Shown: piece after piece, positions 37,579-52,815 of the stretch | How positions within the stretch are numbered: position 1 is the first letter of the stretch | Layout of the letters: every line of letters starts with the position of its first letter | Assembly: GCF_006345805.1 (NCBI RefSeq) | Contig: NC_043011.1 | Span: 60,958,464 to 61,022,463, forward strand | Length of the DNA stretch: 64,000 nucleotides | Direction of reading: 5' to 3' | DNA from: Octopus sinensis | Taxonomy: Eukaryota | Notes under the pieces: model-generated | Database searches by the model: none | Told to the model about the DNA's origin: nothing | Seen by the model: only the letters and a program-made list of their open reading frames with translations | Position numbers and translations under genes: made by a program

Positions 37579-38960
37579 TGTATGTATATAAGAGACCAAA
37601 GTGTACGTACTCTGATATATTTTATATATAAAATATGCAAAAAGGGACAAGAACGCAACACATCCAGACAGACGATACAAAGAAAAACAAGGACGGGTCA
37701 TTGTGTGAGTGGGTGATTCCTGTGGGTGAAGACCAGCAGAAAATTTAGAAATATTATCTTCTATATTTGATTTGTTTCACTTATTAGACTACGGCCATGA
37801 TGGTGCACCGCCATCACCTTGAAGAGTATTTTCTTGTCGAGTAAATCGACCCCTGTACTTTTTAAAGCTTGGTATTTATTCTATCGTTGTCTTTTGCTGA
37901 ACTGCTAAGTTACGGAGACGTAAACACACCAACAGCAGCCGTCAAATAGTGATGAGGGAGAAACACAAACACTCACACACATATACCACCCCACACAAAC
38001 ACAAACATACACACATATATACACTCTCTTTCTCACACACACATATGGCTGGCTTCTTTTCAGTTTCCATCTACCAAATCCACTCACAAGGTTTGGTAGG
38101 CCCGAGGCTATGGAAGAAGACACTCGGCTAAGGTGCCACGCAGTGGGACCAAACCCGGTACCATGTGATTGGGATGAAAGCTCCCGTTTCCGAATTTGGC
38201 AATAATAAAAATAATAATAAAAGCCGTAATTCGCTATGCTATAATTCTTCTCTTTCGTTCCCATTCTTAGTCAAAATTTGATTTACTGCCCTAAAACCTT
38301 TTTCTACTATAAAGAAGCAGAGAAAGGCAATAATAACTTGGCTTTCTTTCTCACAATACGATATTTCAATCTAAATTTATGTCACTTCCCACATAAACTT
38401 TGCTTTTTGAAAAACCCTTTATTATTTTTTTTTCATAATTTCGTAAATCGATGATGGTCTCGTGTAAATCATTTTTAGGATTCAGCTACTTTTTTTACAC
38501 AAATATTTTGCCTGAATGACATAAAAATAGAGGTGTATCAAATACAATACAATGTAAATTCCTGATTTATTAAAATTATTTCTTCCTCTAGATGTATCAT
38601 AATTACCAAATGGAATGTAAACCCAGTTCCTCTTAAGGAGACATTATCCTTTCTGCTATGGTCACAAAGCATGAAATTTGCAGGAGGGGGCTAAGTGATT
38701 GCATCGACCCCCACTGACCAGGGGTCCTTATTTATAAAGCCCTAAATGATGAAAGGCAAAGCCGACCTAAACGGAATTTGAGCATAAAGCGTGAAGAAAT
38801 GCTAAAAAATATTTTGTCCGACGTGTTAATAATTTAGCCAGCTCTCCGCTTTCAGAAAGAGAGATGATACTTGCAAACAATTACTGAGCAAAACAAGGCT
38901 AAACTTCTGCTCGCACGTTCTCGATAACTGACGGTGTGGAATATAGCCATATAATCACAT

Positions 38961-39040
<80 letters not shown>

Positions 39041-39264
39041 GAGAAAGTGTGTCTGTCTGTGTGAATCCCTAAAACTTGAGAACACACAACCAATTTCATT
39101 CAAATTTTGCACATACGTTACATAGGGTCCATAGAGTGTCATGGGCAAAAAGATTTTAACTTCTTGCCTAGGTCGAGCCCATAGCAATATCATATATTCT
39201 CCACTATTTCAGTATTGCATGTTAAAAGTGAAATAAAAACATCTCTCTATTGTATGTATATGGA

Positions 39265-39322
<58 letters not shown>

Positions 39323-39324
39323 AT

Positions 39325-39384
<60 letters not shown>

Positions 39385-40127
39385 TATATATATATATATA
39401 TGTATATATAGATGTATATGTATAGCTGTATATGTATACATGTAAATGAGTGCTTCCTGAGAAGCTCACTACCGACACGTAGGATGTTCGCTTCGCTTTT
39501 CAGCACTGAATTTTTTTGTTTTTTTTTTTGCTTTTGCTGTTATTACAGTCTGAGGAAAAACCATACGATGTTTATACTCTGTCCGCATTGATCTCAAACC
39601 ACTACTGCTTTCATCTCTTCTTAGGTAAAGCCTGTTAATATCATTATTTTTGTGGGAGATTCCAGTTTATGTCAGGATCTTGTGGATTTTAATGTCTATA
39701 GAATGGATGTCCTGTACAGACCACACTATATCCTAAATATTGGAATCACCACTGTTATTGCAAATGCATCTCGTAAGAAGAAAGTTTCGACTGTCATATT
39801 TTTCAACGTCCGGTGTAATATTTTCGGGTTACTCTATCTTTATTCACAGAACATTCATATAATACGTTTTCATTAATGCCTAGATATTAGCAGCATTCTG
39901 TGTGCAGAACAGAACAGATAGTGACACCTCTGATGCACATATTTAGGGTTTAGAAGACTATTTTTCCCACGTTCACCAATCAAATTCGAAGATTTCTTTT
40001 GGCCAAATTCCATTCCTATATCAGCTGAAAACGTTGTTATTAACTCCAGTCGATTTTTAGCATATGTATGCATATATGTACGTATCTATGTATGCATGTA
40101 TGTATGTATGTATGTATGTATGCATGC

Positions 40128-40158
<31 letters not shown>

Positions 40159-42494
40159 TGTATGTATGTATGTATGTATATATTTATGAATGTATATATG
40201 TATGTATGTGTGATTCAAGGGAGAATTGATTGACATTTCTATTAAATTTATGTATGTGTATAAATTTGTGTGTATGTGTTTACGTGTTTAATTTGTGTGA
40301 GATTTAATTACTATTTGTAGTGTGTCCAACGAGCACACATACGTCAATGTCCCCCTCTTTGACTCTCTTTCTTTCCCTCCTCCCTCTCTCTCATTCTTTT
40401 CTCATATCTAATTTCATTTCATAATGTTCTGTAAATATGTACAGAAAAGTCAAATGCTGAATGCTGGTCTCCAATAATATTCTCTAAGTACAGTCAACAA
40501 ATATATATACGATTGACAAAAGAGATTTAAAGTGATTTGTCCACCATATATCCACCATATATATATATATATATATATATATTTGCTATGCTATGTACTA
40601 TTTCAGGACATTATGGCCTCATCATTGCTTTCTAAATTTTGCATTTCCAGGCAAAATCATTTCGGTTATTGATTAAGTTGTGGCAACAGAGACGCTTGAC
40701 AGTAAAATGAAGGAATAAATCAATGAAATTTCTACAACATTCGTTACAGAAATGAAATAATAAACTGAATTAAGAACAACAAAAGTAATAAAAATAAAAT
40801 AAGATATATACGATTTAAAAAAACAACAACAAGTTCTGTCAGAGAAGAAGTATAAAATAATTACGTGTTTTCTAATAACCTTTAAATTCAATGAAATAAC
40901 AACGGCGACCAAAAATAAAACATTTGCTTCCGAAAATATTTGTTTTAATATCAGCAAAATTAGTTAAAATTTTTTCCCTTTCTATCGATTTGTTAACGGC
41001 GTTTAACGGAAACTAATTTAATTAATGCTATTCTACACTTGATGTCTTTCTGGTGATACGCTTTTGCTTCTTGGCATCTTTGTTGGAAGCTGGTTGTTAA
41101 GAGAAATTTAATATTTTCAACTGTGCTGCACGGCCTAATATAATTCCCATAATTCATTGTCTTCATGTCCGCTTCTCGACACTTTGGGTGTATGGCATCA
41201 TTTCTGTTTTATTCTTATATGGCGTCTAAAGGTGGTCTGCTAGCAGAATTGTTAGCACACCGGACAGACTGTTTAGAAGCAGCATTTCTTCAGGCTTAAC
41301 GTCCCGCGTTCAAATGTCACCGAGGTCGATTTTGATTCTTTCATTCTTTCGAGGTTGATAAAATAAGAATCAGTCAATTACTGCTGTCGATGTATTCGAT
41401 TACCCCCCCCACTTTCCCCCCAAATTACAGGTTTTCTGCTTATATTAGAAAGAAGCCTTTTATGGCGTGTAAGTCTTACTGAACGGTTTCGCTTCCCAGT
41501 CTGTATATATATTGAATTTCACAAGTCATTATTTCATTTTCTTCAATCTCAACAACTCAGATAAGACTTGTCTATATGATGGGTACTTTCAAAATGAACG
41601 TTTTTAATTTTATCTCATAGTCAAAAGAAATTTGTGGGCCTTAGAGATAGGCATTATAACAGAGAGGGAAGCAAGAATACTTAAAGTGAAAACAAGGCTA
41701 AAAATTCTTGCAGCATAGTTGATCTCTCTGTAGCAAACTGAGCGAAAGAAGGACATCAAATGACGCAAGGGATTTGGCCTTGTATCCAAGCAAGATACGG
41801 TAGAATTTGAACTCAGGTAAAAATAAGTAGAACAAATACTGCAAAGAATTCAGTGAAAATCCCTCTACACTGATACCCTGGGGGGAGGGGGGCTTCGTAG
41901 AATGATAAAGAGAAAAGATTTCGGCAGGATTTGAACTCAGAATATAAGAAACATACTTTAAGGCATTTCGTATGATTTTCAGATGAATTCACCATTTAGA
42001 CAGTTTTTATTGTTTGAGGTTCAATAAAGTAGATGAGAATTCCAAATTCTTATCTACCCAATACAAACTGTAATTAAATTAATTTTGTCTAATTTTGGTA
42101 CAAGGCCAGCAATATTTAGGAGAGGAGATGGGACGGTTACAAGGACCACAGTACTTGACTAGAAGTGTATTTTATCTACTCCGATAGAATGAAAGGTGAA
42201 GTCGACATCAGCGGCAATTGAACTCCGAATGGAATATAAACTAAGCATTTTGTCCACAGTGTTAACGATGATTCTGCTAGCCGCTGCCTTTACATATTTA
42301 AAATAATTATGTGTATATTTATTTGTAAGAATTTTAACAGACTTGAAAATAGCAGGTAGCCTTTTTCCTGTTCTATTTCGTTTTCGGAAAATGAATTCTA
42401 TCTTTAAACAATGTTGTCGACAAGATAAAAACTTCTGTGACACAGCAGACACTGAAGGACCGATGTTTCGGTATTATTGACTCGTCTCAGTGAG

Positions 42495-42875
42495 GCTGAG
42501 TGGTAAGTAGCTTGCTTACCAACCACATGGTTCCGGGTTCAATCCCACTGCGTGGCACCTTGGGCAAGTGTTTTCTACTATAGCCTCGGGCCAACCAAAA
42601 CCTTGTGAATGGATTTGGTAGACGGAAACAGAAAGAAGCTCGTTGTATATATGTATATATATGTGTGTATATGTTTGTGTGTCTGTGTCTAGCCCCTTAG
42701 CATTGTTTGACAACCGATGCTGGTGTGTTTATGTCCCCGTCACTTAGTGGTTCGGCAAAAGAGACCGAGAGAATAAGTACTGGGCTTACAAAGAATAAGT
42801 CTCGGGGTTGATTTACTCGACTAAAGGCGGTGCTCCAGCATAGCCGCAGTTAAATGACTGAAACAAGTAAAAGAG
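42495..42875 (+). mobile_element. SINE family A, complete copy
   Basis: tRNA-like head, internal (TA/TG)n, 3' half ending gactgaaacaagtaaaagag. Confidence 0.9.
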
Positions 42876-44251
42876 TATCTTAAGACCTTCTGATCTTAAA
42901 AGAAACATAGCCACCAAAGCAACTCAGTATTTACCGGAAATGAGATTTATAACCGACTCTAGATATAAATCGAAATTTTTTAAAAAATATCAAAAATATG
43001 TAAAAAAAAATGCAACTTCAGCTATGATGGAAATTTTTCATCTTTGGCCTTTTTTAGTGTTAGTATCAATATTATTTTATGTGAAGTTTGTCTGTCTCCC
43101 GAACAGACAGTGAAATTGCGTTCAAGTGGTCGTCTAGTATTACGCCACAGCTATCGTCGCGCGAATTCAGGCTTGATACTTTTTTTTATTATTGATTTGT
43201 CCTATTTTTTTGTAAAGGAAGAAAGCATATAAAAAGTGAAATGAAATAGTCTTTTTTTCTTCAAATTCTCATTATAAACAAGTGATTCAGAACATTCTGT
43301 TTTTCTGAATTTATCATCTAAGATTCTACTTTTACTCTCTATGTAAGGCGGCTTGTTTCTGTTTGTCTTACCTTATCAGCATAGCGTGATGGAAGCAATT
43401 AGATTTTATGCTATTAGTAGTGTATCCAAGTAATTATCTTCACTTAAAATCAGAAGGAAACGGAGAAGAAAGAAATAATGCAAAAATAACACATGGTTTT
43501 AGGGATAAAGATAATCAATTTTAAACGTGCTCAATTTATTTTGTTTTATTCCCAACGCAGTGAATTCAGGTGTTATGGATTTTCCTTATCGTTAACCATT
43601 ATTTTCCCTAGTATCAGAAAGGTTTCGTGTTTGCGGTTGTATGTTGAGAAAAGACGAGCGATGCATCTTCTCTTTATTGCTTTGCTCTTCTATTATTCCT
43701 CTCTCATCTTCTCCCTCGTCCTGTTTATCAGTCTTCGTGATTTTTAATGAAACGATTAGTTAAATACACAACACGAATATAATTAATTCCGTATCGATTG
43801 TTCTCTTATTCTATGCAAATAGCATACGAGATACTGAAACAGGATATCTATAAATGCAAAACAACCATGAAATACGAAATATCAAATGAATAAATGATAT
43901 CAAATTTTGAGTCACTCATTTATAAAAGTAAAAGGAAAAAACAAAACAAAACATAAAAATACAAAACTAATTTTCATATAATTTTCACACATTTTGTTTC
44001 ATCACGAAAAAGGAGATGACCCAACAATTAAATTGATATAAATTGGTAACATACTAAAAAAAAAAAAAATCAGGCGCGCGTGTGGCAAGAAGTTTGCTTC
44101 CCAGTAGCATGGCCCCGTGTTCAGTCCCACTGCTCGGCACCTTAAGTGAATGCCTTCTACGATAGCCTCAGGTCGACCAAAGTCTTGTGAGAGAATATGA
44201 CGGTCAGAAACAGTAAGTCCGATTTATACATACATATATATACATACACAG

Positions 44252-44558
44252 GTGGAGGCGCAATGGCCTAGTGGTTAGGGCAGCGGACTCGCGGTCGCAG
44301 GATCGCGGTTTTGATTCCCAGACCGGGCGTTGTGAGTGTTTATTGAGCGAAAACACCTAAAAGCTCCACGAGGCTCCGGCAGGGGTGGTGATCCCTGTTG
44401 TACTCTTTCACCACTCTTTCTCCCACTCTTTCTTTTGTTGGCCTGCTCGCTTAGCCAGCGGGGTGGCGTCATTCGAAGGCTAAAACAATGCGAACGCATT
44501 GTGACCAGCGATGTGTAACAACATCTGATGGCCTGGCCGGTCACGTGATCACGTGATA
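44252..44558 (+). mobile_element. SINE family C, complete copy (tRNA-Arg-like head)
   Basis: ggaggcgcaatggcctagtggttagggcagcggactcgcggtcgcaggatcgcggttttgattcccag...gtcacgtgatcacgtgata. Confidence 0.9.
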
Positions 44559-44641
44559 TACATACACACAGATCTATGTCTATCTATCTATCTATCTATA
44601 TATATATATATATATAGACTATATTTACAGCTATAAATATG

Positions 44642-44881
44642 CAGTAATTCCTCACCCTATCGCGGTTCGCCTACCACGGTTCGCCTATCACGGTTTATTA
44701 TTTAAGCTTACGTCGATTCTTCTGTGGCGTTGTTTTGCGGTTATGATAAAATAAAAAATATACAAATAATTAAAATACTAATAATAAAAATATACTGTAC
44801 GGAACTGACTCTACTTCGCGGATTTTCACCTATCACGGGAGATTATGGAACATAAGACCCGCGATAGTCGAGGGATTACTG
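44642..44881. mobile_element. Tigger/pogo-like MITE
   Basis: TIRs cagtaattcctcaccctatcgcgg / ccgcgatagtcgagggattactg; TA on the right, TG on the left. Confidence 0.8.
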
Positions 44882-45120
44882 TATATCTATAATTAAGATG
44901 CACTTGAATTAGGTACTTGAATTGAGGCACCTTACCTGTGTGGTATGATACGAACAGTACAACAATATTATTTGAATATCAAGATACCGTGTAGGGGTGT
45001 TTGCACCTAATACCTGTGTGCAGACAACTCAACCTAGTTAAGGGAAGATATCGGCTCTTGGTAATTCAGACAGGTACTTTTTATAGTATTTCCGAAGTGC
45101 AAGTTAGGTGAACAAAATGT

Positions 45121-45270
45121 AAATAAGTAACAAAGATGTACAGATGTTCATTACGGCCGCTTCAAGCGGTTCCATTTAATTAATTAATGAGAACATATCA
45201 ATTTGAAAGAAACCGCTTTCTTTCTAATTGATGTAGTAAAATGACACCTGTACATCTTTGTTACCTATTT
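45121..45270 (-). repeat. Short fold-back (23-bp arms) around a decayed hammerhead
   Basis: aaataagtaacaaagatgtacag / ctgtacatctttgttacctattt. Minus strand AAGCGGUU..AACCGCUU-GAAG-CGGCCG-UA; core mutated. Confidence 0.6.
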
Positions 45271-45339
45271 ACGCACATATATGTATGTTGTATGTATGTA
45301 TGTATGTATGTATGTATGTATTATTAATGTATGTATGTA

Positions 45340-45412
<73 letters not shown>

Positions 45413-45522
45413 GTATATATAAGGCTAATCCAATCATGAAAACACAAAGAGAAAACAACAACACGAGGACGTGGAACAAGTATAGTGTTATAGGACGCTC
45501 AGGAAAGGAAAGAAGAAGAAGA

Positions 45523-45555
45523 TTTAAAGTTTCGAGCGGAGCTCTTCGTCAGTAA
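45523..45555 (-). ncRNA. Hammerhead motif, intact core, damaged helices I and III
   Basis: UUA-CUGACGA-A-GAGC-ucc-GCUC-GAAA-CU-UU-AAA; same family as 4183-4216. Confidence 0.55.
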
Positions 45556-45652
45556 CATAGGAAAAGGAAAGATCCAAGGAAGGGAAAACGGAGGGAAAAA
45601 ATCGCCAACGATACACACGCGGTCACATTTTGAACGTCACATTATATATATA

Positions 45653-45693
<41 letters not shown>

Positions 45694-45699
45694 TATATA

Positions 45700-45770
45700 T
45701 AATACATAAACTTAGATAAACTTGGATATGTTTCGAACAAAGATTGGACCATACCATGTTTATTCTAAAC
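45700..45770 (-). mobile_element. Decayed 3' end of the same CR1 family
   Basis: Reverse complement resembles ggaccaatctctggtcgaaacatatctaagttttatctaagttt at 24256-24300. Confidence 0.7.
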
Positions 45771-46510
45771 AATATCGACATACGTCTTTGATTAACTTTA
45801 TACACTAACACGTATTTACATTAATTTACATTCTCCATAATGAATTAATTATGTTGCAATAATACTCTATTTGAATTTTTAAATTCGTAACTTTTAATAA
45901 TATTAATGTCTTTAACAGAGGGATTACATTACAGGTTTGTTTCTTTATATATATATATTTTTTATTCCTTATTATTTTATTATCTTATTTTTTTTATTCC
46001 TTATCATATTATGACTTAAGTTAAACTTTTAGTCTTTAGGTTTTTGGGTGGAATTTGACCTGAGAAGTGACTGCTTTTGGGAGTAAAATCCTTTTTCCGT
46101 TCTAATGAACTTGGATATGGTTTTCTTATATGATTTTATATAGTCTTAATTCAGCTATGACACGCGTGTAGTCAATGTACAAGTACTTACTTTTATACAT
46201 TATATTATTGTATTCATTTTTATTGTTCAATTTATGCTTTATTTGAGTTTAGATTAATAATTTTATGATGAATGTTTCTTTGTATGGTATTTCTGTGATT
46301 TTTAAAGTATCTGCTCTTAGAATATGATTGTAAAAATCTTACTGTTCAATATTATATATTCTTAAAATTTTAGATTATTATTTTGTAAGGTATATGCCTC
46401 ACAGCATGGCTTTGGACGGGTTCTTCATTGACTGAGTTGTGGAATGGTGGTTCGTCTCTAAATTAGTTATATATAATATACATACATACATACATGTATA
46501 TATATATACA

Positions 46511-46546
<36 letters not shown>

Positions 46547-46641
46547 TATATCATATGTATATACATATATATATACATAGTATATATATTAAATACATAC
46601 TATATATACATATATATATTACATATATTATACATATATAT

Positions 46642-46686
<45 letters not shown>

Positions 46687-47682
46687 ATATACATATACCC
46701 ACCACACACAACACCCATATATATATATATCTATATATATATATATATAATATATAATAATATATATACGATGGTCTTCTTACAGTTTCCGTCTACCAAA
46801 TCCACTTGCAAGGCCTTGGTCGGCCCGAGGCTATAGTAGAAGACACTCACCCAAAGTGCCACACAGTGGGACTGAGACCGGAAACCATAGGGTTTGGAAG
46901 CATAGTTGTGTGTGTCTGTCATTATGCTGAGGAAAAGCAGTGATTTTTCTCAGAAAAATACTTAAACCTTTCTGTCAATTGAGATCAATGAAATAAATAC
47001 GAGGTACAGGAATATGCGGTGATCGGTAAGACCGACTCAAAAACCATTGAGGACCTTACTCCATCAGGGTCGCATTGCACTGAAAAATACCAGGAACAGA
47101 ATAAAAGATAGAAAGTTTAACTAGGTTCGAATATAACTGGCAAGTAATCAGAAACTTAACAAGAAATATATTAGAGTTGAAAGTCAGCTGAATTTCATTT
47201 TCTTTATTCAATGTTTTCATTGATATGGCAAATAACTCTGATAATTTATACAATGCGATGGCAAACAGAGCGCAAAATGGAGATGTTTGTTTTGAATCAA
47301 TAGTTTAAGAAAGAAACCTTCGTTGAAAACGAATAACTGTTTTAACACGTGATGTTTTTTTTATTTCTTGTTGTACAACCGTTGTGAAAGAGAATGGAGA
47401 AGAAAGAAGGAAAAAGAAACAGCTTTGAAATTGCGTTGTTTATTTGAAGTAACAAATAGATAATGAATAGAGACGGAGAAAAAGGAAATGAGTTCTAAAG
47501 ATTGTGTGGTGTCTGTGTATGCACACACAGACGCGCACACAGACGCGCACACAGACAGACACACACACATACACGTACGCACGCACACATGCATGCACAA
47601 ACATACATTGATACAAAGATATAGACGCGCATATACATAGATATACAGAAGTATGTAAATATATATATATATATATATGGGA

Positions 47683-47715
<33 letters not shown>

Positions 47716-47835
47716 TGGAGACAGAGAGACAGAGAGAGGTAGTGGTGATAGAGGATTGTTTAATCACTCTATCTCTCTCTCTGTGTACGCGATGTCCCAG
47801 CATGACTGCAGTCCAATAACTAAAACAAGTAAAAG

Positions 47836-47909
<74 letters not shown>

Positions 47910-48120
47910 CACATCTGTGTTTATACACTTTCGCATATACCAATATAACCTTTCTTTTCAGTTTCATTAGTTTGCAGAACTGAGGTAATCTCAGTTTCTT
48001 AAATCCGTGAGCCAACCATGCATACCCGATCCAATGGCAAATATCTCGGTCTCTCTCTATATATATTATCTATCTATCTATCTATCTGTATATCTGTATG
48101 TACGTAATATACATATATAC

Positions 48121-48178
<58 letters not shown>

Positions 48179-49120
48179 CACACACACGCACGCACACACA
48201 CACACATATATATAACATACATAATTGTTTAGAGAGAAGGTATATTACCTTATAGGCCATCCACATAAGCAACTCTGCATAATATTCAGAGCTGACATAT
48301 CTAATATGTGAAGCATTTTCATACTTTCAAGAAACATAAGAAAACAAATTTATGTTAGATTTTTTAAAAAATCCTTACACACGGAGCCAAATGATTTCAT
48401 TTTCTTAGGTCTTTCAGTATATTAATGGAAACGATTGGAATATTCTCTTGCGGTTGAAGGCTTGCTTATTCTTGTTCTCTTTGCTATTAACATATCTAAT
48501 AAAATAACTTGAGCCTTCATTACAACGTTTCCTCATACGGCAAGTAAAAGCTATATGTGACATTTTCTTAATGTTAGTGATAGATAATCGCTAGGCAACT
48601 AATTGCATAGACATTGGAACACTTAGATATGAAATGGTGCTATAGGATATAGGATTAATGATATACGACGACCATTGTTTCGGTACAACAGTTGCCAGAC
48701 GTCTCATTGTTCCAGAACAACAGAAGTGAGACATATTTATAAGTAAACGAAACGCATACTATTGAGTTTCAAAGGTTTTATCGTAGATACGTCAAAAACA
48801 TTATCCCTTACCATTGTGATTCTGAAGCCGAGATACGCAAAGGAGATTATGAAGGTTTGGCAGAATTGTAAAATCATTGGAAATTTGATGTAATCTTAAG
48901 CAACTACTTTCCTATGTTGTAACCTCAGGTCTGGCATATATATATATATATAATTAATAATATCAAAGGGTAATAGGAAACATTTGAAATTTCCATTACC
49001 AGTGTCCTAGCGCGTAGAAATGTAGTCAATAGACTATATATTATTCATATAGAAATAGTGTACATTTAAACACAAAAGAGGTTTGCACTCTAGAGAGGAC
49101 AGTTAAATTCCAAACCATAT

Positions 49121-49167
<47 letters not shown>

Positions 49168-49239
49168 TATATGTATATATATGTACACCACACACCACAC
49201 ATATATATATATACATACACATACACATATATATATACA

Positions 49240-49272
<33 letters not shown>

Positions 49273-49537
49273 AATGTATATCTGTATACATATATGTATG
49301 TATATATATATATATAAAGATGTATATATATGTACATATATATATATACACATACACACATATATATACACATATATACATATAATATAACACATATAAT
49401 TAAGTATATACATATATATATACATATACATAAGTATATATATTATAATATATATATTATATATATATATATACATGTGTACAAGTGTGTATGTGTATGT
49501 GTGTATATATATATACATATACGCATATATATATGTA

Positions 49538-49568
<31 letters not shown>

Positions 49569-49574
49569 TCTATA

Positions 49575-50465
49575 CTATTTTATTTGTTTCAGTCAGTTGA
49601 CTGCGGCCATGCTGGAGCACCGCCTTCAGTAGAGCAAATCGACCCCAAGACTTATTTTTTGTAAGCCTAGTACTCATTCCATCGGTCTCCTTTGCCGAAC
49701 CGCTAAGTTACGGGGATGTAAACACACAAGCATCGGTTGTCACGCGATGTTGTGGAGATAAACACAGACACACAAACACCTACACACACCTACATATATA
49801 TATATATATATAATAACAAAGGGTAAAATTAATTAATTAAGAAGTAATCAGTAATTTCACCAAACAGAATTCGGCATGAAAAAGACCATTTCATGGTAAG
49901 CTTAAGTAATACTTTATAATTAGGATTCAGCAAAGATTTGCTTCACCACATATCAAAGTTTAGAAATAGCAGTCAAAAAATCTTAGCTATTCCTTCTACT
50001 TTAAAAGGGGCTCCCAGAAAAACCAAAGTACTTGAAAACAATCCACGCAGGCAAAAGGAAAAAATAACGAAAATTATTCTATATTACGTTACCCCCGGAC
50101 GCGCGTTTCGGAATTAGATCGGTATAAAGCATTATGCTTTTGCCTGCGTGGATTGTTTTCAAGTACTTTGGTTTTTCTGGGAGCCCCTTTTAAAGTAGAA
50201 GGAATAGCTAAGATTTTTTGACTGCTATTTCTAAACTTCGGTATGTGGTGAAGCAAATCGTTGTTGAACCCTATTTATAAAGTATATACATATATACATA
50301 TATACGACGGGCATCTTTCAGCTTCCGTCTACCAAATCTACTCACAAGGCTTTGGTCGGCCTGAGGCTATAGTAGAAGACACTTGCCCAAGGGGCAATGC
50401 AGTGGGACTGAACTCAGAACCATCTGGTTGGTAAGCAAGCTACTTACCACACAGCCACTCCTGCG
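49575..50465 (-). mobile_element. SINE family A interrupted by a fold-back element
   Basis: SINE 3' half at 49575-49790 and 5' half at 50305-50465, with the insert in the internal (TA)n. Confidence 0.8.
49914..50280. repeat. Fold-back element (about 145-bp arms) with a hammerhead half-site in the spacer
   Basis: 49914-50058 vs 50137-50280. Minus strand 50092-50109 reads GAAA-CGCGCG-UC-CGGGGG; no CUGANGA found. A single-arm relative lies at about 7075-7345. Confidence 0.88.
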
Positions 50466-51597
50466 TCTATACATATATCTATCTATATAAAACCACTTCA
50501 AATCATGTCTTTGAAACAAAACCAGAATGGTTACTGTGATCCTAGATAAGACTGAATGATGTGGAAAAACATGGAGGTCAACTAGAAACAGCGACACTAT
50601 TAAACAGAGATCAACTGAGGCTTTCGTAAAGAATACAGGTATATTATTGATGTTGATAGTCTGAGAACTTTGAATGCATCTCCATATTCACTGTATATGC
50701 ATTAGCTGAGTCATAAGCTTATTAAAACATCCGCTTGTTGAATATCTTAAATGAAATCGCTTGGTCCATGAAGAGCTGAAAACATCGGGACAACATGGCG
50801 GCAATAAATGTTCACTATTTTATAGAAAGAAAACAATTTGCATTGAAATACGTAAACTGATTTGCAAGTTACTAATGATGTTTCCTCCCAGATGAATTAG
50901 TCTTGGGAAGAAAATACGAATAAATTCGAATCTCTAATTCGGTTTTATTTCATTAGTTTTCTAATTTGTGATATTCGTCTGCTAATAACTATCGCTTTTC
51001 GGGAGATCGTAATACAGCAGCAAAGTGCAGCAGTGTTCAATTAAGTCGAAATGTATGCCACGAACTTACAAGGAAAGTTTAATGCGTTTCTCAATATTCT
51101 CGTTAAAGAGGTTCGGAAAGCTTATCATAAGAATAAATCCACAGAAGCATTTTTTTTTTGTATAAAATGCAGGAATCAATGAAAATATAGAGTTAAATTC
51201 CCGAACGTTAAAATTTGGAGCCATTCTTCAAATTTCATTTACGATAAATAATGAAAAAAAAAGAAAGAAAGAATGTTATTTCAAAATTTTAAAAGCAATT
51301 TAGTTTGAATAAAATGAAAGCAATTTAGTTTGAATAAAAAAGAAACTATGATATGAACTTATGATAATAATAATGGTCGTTTCTACTCTTGGCACAAGGC
51401 GTGAAATATTTAGGAAGGGTGTTAGTCAACAACGTCGATCCCGATACTCGAGTGGTACTAATTTCCTTGGCCCTTAAAGGATGAAAGGTAAAGTAGATTC
51501 CGCGGAATTTGAACTTGATATTTTGTCCGCACAATATTTTGCCAGGCGTGCTAACGATTCTGCCAGCTCACTGCCTTTGTGTGTGTGTGTGTGTGGT

Positions 51598-51638
<41 letters not shown>

Positions 51639-51664
51639 ATAGTAATAGTAATAATAATCTTGCT

Positions 51665-52040
51665 TATTATAGGCACAAGGCCTGAAATTTGGGGGAGGGG
51701 ATGGTCAATTACATCGCCCTTAGTACTCAACTGCAACTTATTTTATCGACCCCAAAAGGAAGGCAAGCAAAGTCGACTGCGACGGAATTTGAACTCAGAA
51801 CGTGAAGACGGACGAAATACCTATTTCTATTTCTTTACCACCCACAAGGGGCTAAACACAGAGGAGACAAACAAGGACAGGCGAACGGATTAAGTCGATT
51901 ATATCGACCCCAGTGCGTAACTGGTACTTATTTAATCGACCCAAAGGGGATGAAAGGCAAAGTCGACCTCGGCAGAACGTAACGGCAGACGAAATACGGC
52001 TACGCATTTCGCCCGGCGTGCTAACGTTTCTGCCAGCTCT
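51665..52040 (-). mobile_element. Two tandem SINE family B copies
   Basis: Two repeats of aaagtcgac..cggaatttgaactcagaacg / ggcagacgaaatac..ctaacgtttctgccagctc. Confidence 0.8.
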
Positions 52041-52410
52041 CTACTTTTGTGTGTGTGTGTATGTGCGTGCGTGCGTGTGTGTGCGTGCGTGCGTGCGTGT
52101 GTGTGTTTGTGTGTGCTTGTCTGTTCGTAACAGTAATAATAATATTAAAAATAATAATGATGACGGCGATGATGACGTCGTCGACGATAATGATGATGAT
52201 GATGATGATATTCGAAGAGGAAGTTGTGGATGAAGAGGGAGGTGCCGTCTTCAAATATATTTAATGCCGGGTGCGGGAGGTTTGCGTCAATCACAACAAT
52301 GAACGGAACTGCAAAAAATGTATACTTTACATCAGAGAACCACTGTCCATGGTCTTGAAGACGATCTTGGATCTTTGAGTTCCAAAGACGACTCTCGAAA
52401 GAACACCTCA

Positions 52411-52454
<44 letters not shown>

Positions 52455-52589
52455 CAATGTGTTCAAGCTCTGTTTATTTGCTCAATGCCTACTCAGCGAA
52501 CAATATTAGTGGAATAGCGTTGATGATGAAAGATCAGAGATATGAAGTGAAGAAGGAGAAAAGAAGCTTGTTAATCACTGGAATCATAA

Positions 52590-52815
52590 TTCAAATAATC
52601 ATCATCATCATCACCATCACCATCCTCCTCCTCCTCCTCCTCATCATCATCATCATCATAATCATCATCATCACCATCACCATCATCATCATCGTTATCA
52701 TCATCATCACCATCATCATCACCATCATTATCATCGTTATCATCACCATCACCACCACCACCATCATCATCACCATCATCACCATCATCATCATCATCAT
52801 CATCATCATCAGCGA
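52590..52815. repeat. (CAT/CAC)n compound trinucleotide microsatellite
   Basis: Direct inspection. Confidence 0.95.

Noticed and set aside
44252-44330. tRNA-like sequences at SINE heads
   Set aside because: No acceptor-stem closure; they run into SINE bodies, so they are not tRNA genes.
48400-48900. Possible decayed Gypsy RT (RFYRRYVKN-like)
   Set aside because: Only one short motif, many stops, no supporting motifs in frame.
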